A stretch of DNA of 24,000 bases from Hyphomicrobiales bacterium (GTDB lineage: Bacteria; Pseudomonadota; Alphaproteobacteria; Rhizobiales; MH13): the NCBI GenBank assembly GCA_017642935.1, contig JAEPOK010000001.1, forward strand, positions 1,385,192-1,409,191, given 5' to 3'. Shown piece after piece: positions 18,024 to 24,000 of the stretch. The position numbers and the translations under genes are program-made. How positions within the stretch are numbered: position 1 is the first letter of the stretch; each line of letters starts with the position of its first letter. The notes under the pieces were generated by a model that saw only the letters and a list, made by a program, of their open reading frames with translations, did not search any database and was not told the origin of the DNA.

Positions 18024-18908
18024 TCACTCAACGTTTTGAACCTGCTCCTTGATCTGATCGATCAGCGCTTTCAAAGCTAGCCCATGCTGGGTAACGGTGA
18101 TCGATGAAGCCTTGGAACAGATTGTATTGGCTTCCCGGTTAAATTCCTGTGCAAGGAAATCAAGCTTGCGACCCACCGGCTCCTTGGCGGCAAGAAGTGA
18201 ATGCGCCGCATCAATGTGAGCGCGCAGCCGGGCAAGCTCCTCCTCAATGTCGGCCTTGGTGGCGAGCACCGCAACCTCCTGATGGAGGCGTTGGAGGTCC
18301 AACTGGCTTGTTTCGGACAGCAGACGGTCCACCTGCGACTGCAGGCGGGCCATCAAATGATCACCACGCGCATCAGGGTGCTGGGCGAGCGCTCTGACTT
18401 CCTGATCGATCTCGCCAACGAGTTGCTCCAATACAGAGAGCATGGCCCTGCCCTCAGCCTCACGGGACTCGCTTAAGCTCGCGGCGCAATCAGAGGCGGC
18501 GGCTAGTATGGCCTCGTCTCTCGCCTCATCGTCATCGTCGGACGCAGCAGGATCGACCATCTCCACAACACCGGGAAGCGTCAGCAAATCGGCAAGCTGT
18601 GGTGGCGGGTCGCCCCATGCGGTGGCGCGTTCGACCAAAGCTGCGCGCAGGCCGTCCAACGTCTCAGCGTTGATACGCGGGCGCCGATCTCCCTCGCGCT
18701 GCAGGTTAACCGTCACATTGGCATTGCCACGTCGGACGAACTTCTGAAACAGCGCACGGATAGGCTTGTCGAGATGATCGAAGCCATTAGGCAATCGGAG
18801 CTTGATATCGCTGGAACGGCCATTCACGCAGCGTGCTTCGATCAAGATCGACAGTGCCCCATGGCTCGCTTCAGAGCGCGCGAACCCCGTCATTGAGGTG
18901 AGTGGCAT
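18024..18908 (-). CDS. yicC: YicC/YloC family protein
   Basis: 294 aa. It has the characteristic N-terminus MPLTSMTGFAR and the C-terminal DIEEELARLRAH...EFNREANTI...KEQVQNVE pattern of the YicC family. Adjacency to gmk is conserved. Confidence 0.9.
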   Translation of the reverse strand: MPLTSMTGFARSEASHGALSILIEARCVNGRSSDIKLRLPNGFDHLDKPIRALFQKFVRRGNANVTVNLQREGDRRPRINAETLDGLRAALVERATAWGDPPPQLADLLTLPGVVEMVDPAASDDDDEARDEAILAAASDCAASLSESREAEGRAMLSVLEQLVGEIDQEVRALAQHPDARGDHLMARLQSQVDRLLSETSQLDLQRLHQEVAVLATKADIEEELARLRAHIDAAHSLLAAKEPVGRKLDFLAQEFNREANTICSKASSITVTQHGLALKALIDQIKEQVQNVE

Positions 18909-18916
18909 GGCGGATG

Positions 18917-20179
18917 CTACTGCTCGGCTGCCGGTGCTTCGGCTTCATCGTCTGCCGCATCGCGTTCGGCCTCTTCAGCCGCCTCGGCTTCGGCAGCTTC
19001 CCTCGCTGCTTCGCGCTCACGCTCGATTTCCCGCCAGCGGGCAACGTTTCGGTTGTGCTCTTCATAGGTCTCGGCAAAGGCGTGCCCGCCCGTGCCATCG
19101 GCCACGAAGAACAAATCATCAGTGCGAGATGGGTTGGCTACAGCCTCCAAGGAGGCCCGTCCAGGGTTAGCGATCGGCCCCGGCGGCAGCGCGGGAATGG
19201 TGTAGGTGTTGTAAGGGTTGCTGTCGTCGCGCAATTGACTGCGATAGATCGGACGAGGCTCCGTCCAGGCTTCACCACCATAAATTCCGTAGAGGATCGT
19301 CGGGTCGGACTGGATGCGCATGCCCTGTTCCAGACGATTGATGAAAACACCGGCAACCCGCGTGCGCTCATCGGCGCGGGCGGTTTCCTTTTCGACGATC
19401 GAGGCCAGCGTTACCAGTTCTTCCGGCGATTCGATCGGCAGATCGCTAACGCGTCTTTCCCAGATGTCTGCGATAGCGGCTTCCTGAGCTGCCATCATGC
19501 GGTCAAGGACGCTTTGGCGGGTCGCATCGCGATTGAACGCATAAGTGTTGGGGAGCAGCGATCCTTCGGGCGGAATCTCGGTAATCTCTCCGGTCAGGAA
19601 GTCGGTGGCGTTCAGACGATTGACCATCTGTAAGCTCGTCCACCCTTCCGGGAACGTGACCGAATAAACGACCGTGCGGCCCTCGACCATCATGTCGAGA
19701 ATGCTGGCCATCGAGGCGTGGGCGTCGATTGCGTATTCACCGGCCTGAAGGCGCGCGCGGGCCTGGCGGGCAAGCACGCCGGCGGTAAAGATGTGTTCGT
19801 TGGAAATCACACCGCGCGATTCCAGCATGCTGGCGATTTCACGGGTCGCCATGCCGCGTTCCACGGTGATGTTGCGGTCAGTGGCATGCGGCCCGTCGGC
19901 GTTGAATTGCACATTGGCGAAATAGGCCAGCGCACCGAGCACGACGACGCCGAGCAGGGCCAACGAGAACAGACCGTTCAGAAGCACCACGAAGGGCGAA
20001 CGGGCACGCTTGGCGTGCTTAGCACTCGGTGCGGCGACCTCTTCGGGTTTGATCGCCTGCGCCGCGCTACGCGGGGTCTCGCCAAGCCGCGTTGCGTCAG
20101 ACGCGTTGTTGTTGGGTGTCTCGTTCATGGCATCGCTCTTTGACTGGCTGTCGTTTCCATCGTCATCTTCTGCCACCAC
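18917..20179 (-). CDS. mltG: Endolytic murein transglycosylase MltG (YceG-like)
   Basis: A single transmembrane helix (FVVLLNGLFSLALLGVVVLGALAYF) is followed by a YceG domain that includes LASIVEKET. The start is ambiguous, either GTG 20179 or ATG 20128. The C-terminal tail is Glu/Ala-rich. Confidence 0.9.
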   Translation of the reverse strand: MVAEDDDGNDSQSKSDAMNETPNNNASDATRLGETPRSAAQAIKPEEVAAPSAKHAKRARSPFVVLLNGLFSLALLGVVVLGALAYFANVQFNADGPHATDRNITVERGMATREIASMLESRGVISNEHIFTAGVLARQARARLQAGEYAIDAHASMASILDMMVEGRTVVYSVTFPEGWTSLQMVNRLNATDFLTGEITEIPPEGSLLPNTYAFNRDATRQSVLDRMMAAQEAAIADIWERRVSDLPIESPEELVTLASIVEKETARADERTRVAGVFINRLEQGMRIQSDPTILYGIYGGEAWTEPRPIYRSQLRDDSNPYNTYTIPALPPGPIANPGRASLEAVANPSRTDDLFFVADGTGGHAFAETYEEHNRNVARWREIEREREAAREAAEAEAAEEAERDAADDEAEAPAAEQ

Positions 20180-20378
20180 ACTTGATCCAACGAGTGTTTG
20201 CGGACCCTCGCCAGGCAGCCGTCAAAAGCGGCATATTGTGGCGATTCCAAGGGAACCCGTTGGTTGGCAACCCAGCGAGCGATGGCATCTTTGTCCATCA
20301 ATCCGCCACCGGTTATCCACAGTTTGTCCACACCCAATCCACAGGCAACCGCAATCGTCGGCCACCCAAGCTTTCGCC

Positions 20379-21656
20379 TTAATCGACCGCCCGCAGGACC
20401 AGCGATGCGTTGGTGCCACCGAACCCGAAGGAGTTGGAAAGCGCGGTTCGGATCGGCTTTTTCTTCGCCGTGTGCGGCACCAAATCGATCGGCGTTTCAA
20501 CTGACGGATTATCAAGGTTGAGGGTCGGCGGTGCGACACCGTTCTTGATCGCCAGCGTGGTGAAAATGGCCTCCACCGCACCAGCAGCACCCAGCAAATG
20601 CCCGATGGCGGATTTGGTCGAGGACATGGTGAGACCGGACACAGCGTCACCCATGAGACGTTCGACGGCGCCCAGCTCGATCTCATCGCCGAGTGGCGTG
20701 GATGTACCGTGGGCGTTGACATAGTCAAGCTCTGAGGGGGCGATATCGGCGCGTTTCAACGCCGCTGTCATGCAGCGGAACGCGCCGTCACCATCCATGG
20801 AGGGTGCGGTGATGTGGTAGGCGTCGCCCGACAGGCCATAGCCGATCACTTCAGCGTAAATCGTCGCACCACGCGCTTTGGCATGCTCCAATTCTTCGAG
20901 CACGACGATGCCTGCGCCCTCGCCCATGACAAAACCATCTCGGTCCTTGTCATAAGGACGTGAGCCTTTTTCCGGCGTATCGTTGAAAGCCGTCGACAAT
21001 GCCTTACAGGCGGCAAAGCCAGCCAGAGCAATGCGCCCAAGCGGCGATTCCGTGCCGCCGGCTACCATCACATCGGCGTCATCCAGCGCGACAAGACGGG
21101 CGGCGTCACCGATGGCATGAGCCCCCGTCGAACAGGCCGTCACCACGGCGTGGTTGGGACCCTTCAGGCCGTGTTTGATCGACACATAGCCACCGGCAAG
21201 GTTGATCAAACGCCCTGGAATGAAGAACGGGCTAAGACGACGAGGCCCCTTCTCGTGCATCGTCATAGTGCCTTCGGCGATGCCGTTCAGTCCACCGATG
21301 CCTGAACCGATGAGAACGCCGGTGCGGGTCTGATCCTCATAGCTCTCGGGATGCCAGTTGGCATCGGCCAGTGCCTCGTCCGATGCGGCCATCGCATAAA
21401 CGATGAAATCATCGACCTTGCGCTGCTCTTTGGGCACCATGACGTTATCGGGATTGAACGTGCCGTTTGATCCGTCGCCGCGTGGAATCTGGCAGGCGAT
21501 CTGGCATGCCAGATCATCCACCTCGAACCCTTCCGGTCGCCCTGCGCCGGATTGGCCGTCAATGAGGCGATCCCAGGTGGTCTTGGTGTCCGCGCCCAAA
21601 GGCGTGACCATGCCAAGCCCGGTGATCACAACACGCCGAAGCTTGGTCATTGTCAT
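20379..21656 (-). CDS. fabF: Beta-ketoacyl-ACP synthase II
   Basis: RRVVITGLGMVTPLG, the active-site TACSTGAH, HGTSTPLGD, GHLLGAAG and FGFGGTNASLV are present. AGGA lies 7 nt upstream of the ATG at 21656. Confidence 0.95.
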   Translation of the reverse strand: MTMTKLRRVVITGLGMVTPLGADTKTTWDRLIDGQSGAGRPEGFEVDDLACQIACQIPRGDGSNGTFNPDNVMVPKEQRKVDDFIVYAMAASDEALADANWHPESYEDQTRTGVLIGSGIGGLNGIAEGTMTMHEKGPRRLSPFFIPGRLINLAGGYVSIKHGLKGPNHAVVTACSTGAHAIGDAARLVALDDADVMVAGGTESPLGRIALAGFAACKALSTAFNDTPEKGSRPYDKDRDGFVMGEGAGIVVLEELEHAKARGATIYAEVIGYGLSGDAYHITAPSMDGDGAFRCMTAALKRADIAPSELDYVNAHGTSTPLGDEIELGAVERLMGDAVSGLTMSSTKSAIGHLLGAAGAVEAIFTTLAIKNGVAPPTLNLDNPSVETPIDLVPHTAKKKPIRTALSNSFGFGGTNASLVLRAVD

Positions 21657-21697
21657 GCGCGCAATCCTGCATCCATCGTCAAAGGGTCCTGCGTCAG

Positions 21698-21716
21698 GCG
21701 CCGAAGCGACCGGCGC
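21698..21716 (-). other. GC-only stem-loop in the acpP-fabF spacer
   Basis: GCGCCG (21698-21703) pairs with CGGCGC (21711-21716) around a 7-nt loop, 12 nt downstream of the acpP stop. There is no T-tract. It could be a partial terminator or processing site, but this is not demonstrable from sequence alone. Confidence 0.3.
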
Positions 21717-21728
21717 GGCAAGGCTGGC

Positions 21729-21965
21729 TTACTTCGAAGCGCCTTCCAGGAACTTCACCGCATCGCCAACGGTGAGGATGGTCTCGGCCATGTCGTCGGG
21801 GATTTCGACGTTGAACTCTTCTTCAAACGCCATCACCAGTTCAACGGTGTCGAGGCTGTCGGCGCCAAGGTCATCGATGAACGATGCTTTTTCTTCTACC
21901 TTGTCGGCTTCGACGCCGAGGTGCTCGACAACAATTTTCTTCACGCGTTCAGCGACATCGCTCAT
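21729..21965 (-). CDS. acpP: Acyl carrier protein
   Basis: 78 aa. The phosphopantetheine attachment motif [12 protein letters not shown] is present. Confidence 0.97.
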   Translation of the reverse strand: MSDVAERVKKIVVEHLGVEADKVEEKASFIDDLGADSLDTVELVMAFEEEFNVEIPDDMAETILTVGDAVKFLEGASK

Positions 21966-22188
21966 GGGTACATCCTTTCATGATGTGGACTTTGACGCAC
22001 CAGGCAGGAACGCCCAAGGCACGTAGGTTTTGGTGTTTTGCTCGCGGCGCTATGCGTTTCGCGGCAGAACGCTTGGCGGCCCCTTATCAACCTTGATGCC
22101 GTTCAGCAAGTCAGAGCCAGGGTATGCCGGTTTGCAAGGTGAGATAATTGTGAGTTTGGATGGCGTGCCCTTGGGCGCGCCAGCCGCA

Positions 22189-22926
22189 TTAGATCATAGC
22201 CATGCCACCGTTCACATGGAGTGTCTGTCCGGTGATGTAGCCAGCTTCATCGCTGGCCAGATAGACAACAGCGCCAGCAACTTCAGCCGGTGTTCCAAGC
22301 CGGCCTGCGGGAACCTTGGCCAGGATTGACGTACGCTGTGCATCGTTCAGCACGTCGGTCATCGGGGTTTCGATGAAGCCCGGCGCAACGCAGTTGACGG
22401 TGATCCCGCGCGTCGCAACTTCCTGAGCCAGCGCCTTGGACATGCCTGTGAGGCCGGCTTTGGCGGCCACATAATTGCCCTGCCCCGGATTGCCCATGGT
22501 GCCGACCACCGATGTGATCTGCACGATGCGACCGAACCGGCGCTTCATCATGCCCTTGATAGCGGCACGCGAAAGCTTGAAGGCTGCCGTCAGATTGACC
22601 TGAATGACGGCATCCCAGTCTTCATCCTTCATGCGCATGAAAAGCTGGTCACGGGTAATGCCGGCATTGTTGACCAGAACATCGATAGGGCCGGCGGCCT
22701 CCTCAGCGCGGGCGATCATGCTCTCGACATCGTCATTGTCGGACAGATTGGCCGTCATCGGGATGGCCAAATCGCCAAGCACGGTGGCCTTTTCGGCCAG
22801 CACCGCTTCGCGTGTACCGGTGATAACGGTTTTGGCGCCCGCAGCGACCAGCGCCTTGGCGATTTCCCCGCCAATGCCGCCTGATGCGCCGGTGACCAGA
22901 GCTGTGCGCCCTTCCAATGAAAACAT
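22189..22926 (-). CDS. fabG: 3-oxoacyl-ACP reductase
   Basis: This is a short-chain dehydrogenase/reductase (SDR) with TGASGGIG, NNAG and the catalytic YVAAK. Its position between fabD and acpP is conserved. I prefer ATG 22926 (MFSLEGRTALVTG, with GGGGAAG upstream) over 22938. Confidence 0.95.
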   Translation of the reverse strand: MFSLEGRTALVTGASGGIGGEIAKALVAAGAKTVITGTREAVLAEKATVLGDLAIPMTANLSDNDDVESMIARAEEAAGPIDVLVNNAGITRDQLFMRMKDEDWDAVIQVNLTAAFKLSRAAIKGMMKRRFGRIVQITSVVGTMGNPGQGNYVAAKAGLTGMSKALAQEVATRGITVNCVAPGFIETPMTDVLNDAQRTSILAKVPAGRLGTPAEVAGAVVYLASDEAGYITGQTLHVNGGMAMI

Positions 22927-22949
22927 GTTCTTCCCCATAGGCGTTGTTG

Positions 22950-23894
22950 CTAGCGCGCGAGATGATCGGCGACGCGATCAACATCATCCGGTGTGGCGAC
23001 ATTCATAACGGTCGCGCCATCAACCATGCGCTTGATCATACCTGAAAGCGCCTTGCCAGCACCGATTTCAATGAAGGTGTCGACGCCGTTGGCCGCCATC
23101 CATTCCACGCTTTCGCGCCAGCGCACCCGACCTGTCACCTGCTCAACCAATCGAGCGCGTATCGCGTCAGGCTGCGTGATCGGGCTTGCCAGCACGTTGG
23201 CGATAACCGGCTTGGATGGTTCCTGAATGGAAGCGCTTGCTAGCGCACCGCGCATGACATCGGCGGCGGGCGCCATCAGAGCGCAATGGAAGGGGGCGGA
23301 CACTGGCAGCAGGATCGCTCGGCGGGCGCCAGCTTCTTTGGCAAGCTCGATGGCGCGCTCAACAGCAGCCTTGCTGCCGGAGATCACAACTTGGCCTGGT
23401 GCGTTGTCATTGGCCGCTTCGCAAACATCGCCTTCTGCGGCCTTTGCGGCGATCTCTTCAACAGCAGCCAGATCCAGGTTGAGAACGGCCGCCATAGCGC
23501 CTTCGCCCACGGGAACCGCGGATTGCATGGCATCACCACGCGCGCGCAACAGTTTGGCGGCGGTTGGAATATCAAAGGCGCCACCAGCGGCGAGCGCGGA
23601 GTACTCGCCAAGCGAATGACCGGCCAGAAAATCAGCATGCTTGGCAACGGTCACGCCTTTTGAGGCAAGAGCCTTGGTTGCAGCCAGTGAAACCGCCATC
23701 AGCGCCGGTTGGGTGTTGGCCGTCAGGGTCAACTGATCCTCAGGACCCTCGAACATCAGGGTGGAAAGATCCTGGCCGAGCGCCGCGTCCACATCCTGAA
23801 AAACCGCCCTCGCCTCGGCAAACCCGTCGGCCAATGCCTTGCCCATGCCAACGGCTTGACTGCCCTGACCGGGGAAAAGAAAGGCTGTCGCCAT
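22950..23894 (-). CDS. fabD: Malonyl-CoA:ACP transacylase
   Basis: FLFPGQGSQ and the active-site GHSLGEYSAL are present. I take the start at ATG 23894 (MATAFLFPGQ), with GAGGA upstream, rather than the track start at 23912. Confidence 0.95.
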   Translation of the reverse strand: MATAFLFPGQGSQAVGMGKALADGFAEARAVFQDVDAALGQDLSTLMFEGPEDQLTLTANTQPALMAVSLAATKALASKGVTVAKHADFLAGHSLGEYSALAAGGAFDIPTAAKLLRARGDAMQSAVPVGEGAMAAVLNLDLAAVEEIAAKAAEGDVCEAANDNAPGQVVISGSKAAVERAIELAKEAGARRAILLPVSAPFHCALMAPAADVMRGALASASIQEPSKPVIANVLASPITQPDAIRARLVEQVTGRVRWRESVEWMAANGVDTFIEIGAGKALSGMIKRMVDGATVMNVATPDDVDRVADHLAR

Positions 23895-23920
23895 GGAAGA
23901 TGGTCCTCGCACGATGAAGG

Positions 23921-23926
23921 TATAAT
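23921..23926 (+). promoter_or_regulatory. Perfect TATAAT hexamer in the divergent region upstream of fabD
   Basis: TATAAT at 23921-23926 lies 45 nt upstream of a GGAGG-ATG pair at 23961-23973. There is no convincing -35 element. Confidence 0.25.
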
Positions 23927-23970
23927 GGGTTGAGCCGCACGGTTTGGCCGCTTAGCGCCTGGAGGTCAAG

Positions 23971-24000
23971 ATGTCGGCAGCAGATGTGGTGGCCCGTGTC
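23971..24000 (+). CDS. Possible 5' end of a gene divergent from fabD (only 10 codons in the window: MSAADVVARV)
   Basis: The ATG at 23971 is preceded by GGAGG at 23961-23965 (5-nt spacer). The fragment is too short to identify. Confidence 0.25.
   Translation, partial: MSAADVVARV

Noticed and set aside
18902-19633. 243-aa plus-strand ORF opposite mltG, and the plus-strand ORFs 19718-20143 and 20010-20504
   Set aside because: They are antisense to mltG or span the spacer. They have no RBS or recognisable domain, and their composition fits the shadow of a GC-rich gene.
20125-20337. 70-aa minus-strand ORF in the fabF-mltG spacer
   Set aside because: It has only a TTG start and no Shine-Dalgarno sequence. 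It overlaps the mltG start in another frame. GC3 is about 65% by hand count, which is not decisive. I mention it only as something to check.
20222-20728. 168-aa minus-strand ORF, and the plus-strand ORFs at 20410-20724 and 21403-22026, overlapping fabF and acpP
   Set aside because: They are off-frame or antisense to fabF and acpP, both of which are identified by active-site motifs.
22162-22181. GGCGTGCC-cttg-GGCGCGCC hairpin just downstream of the fabG stop, considered as a possible terminator
   Set aside because: On the transcribed (minus) strand the stem has a central C-A mismatch and no following T-tract. The fabG-acpP spacer is more likely to hold the acpP promoter.
1-24000. Scan for CRISPR arrays, tRNA/rRNA genes, IS elements, integrases and long tandem repeats
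   Set aside because: I found none by reading the intergenic regions and the ORF translations. The longest exact short repeat I noticed is the 10-mer pair at 2651-2691.

Overview
This is a chromosomal segment of a roughly 60% GC alphaproteobacterium. The gene order looks Hyphomicrobiales/Rhizobiales-like, but that taxon call is inference only. The window is densely packed with housekeeping genes:
- purM (5' partial) and purN
- a secreted YHYH-motif protein
- ndk, a GST-family protein and an ABC-F ATPase
- a secreted YbjN-like protein
- holC-pepA, transcribed divergently from lptF-lptG-lptD-surA-pdxA-rsmA
- gmk, yicC and mltG
- the fatty-acid synthesis cluster fabD-fabG-acpP-fabF

I see no rRNA, tRNA, CRISPR array, IS/transposase, integrase or phage genes. 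I cannot support any multi-gene novel system here, and most of the window is ordinary core genome.

The only accessory-looking part is an islet of about 0.8 kb (about 2640-3450) between the YHYH gene and ndk.
- Its GC is about 50%: I counted 298/600 for 2821-3420 by hand, against 58-65% in sampled flanking lines.
- It carries one rare-codon, Trp-rich orphan ORF of 198 aa that I do not recognise.
- That ORF contains a single HEPN-like R-x4-H motif, which is weak evidence.
- Its 3' end runs into the ndk intrinsic terminator.
- A perfect 10-bp direct repeat lies in the adjacent divergent intergenic region.

The other observations are minor: start-codon ambiguities, convergent gene-end overlaps, secreted variants of poorly characterised families, and candidate hairpins. 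Most other ORFs in the six-frame track are antisense or off-frame shadows of the real genes, as expected in GC-rich DNA.
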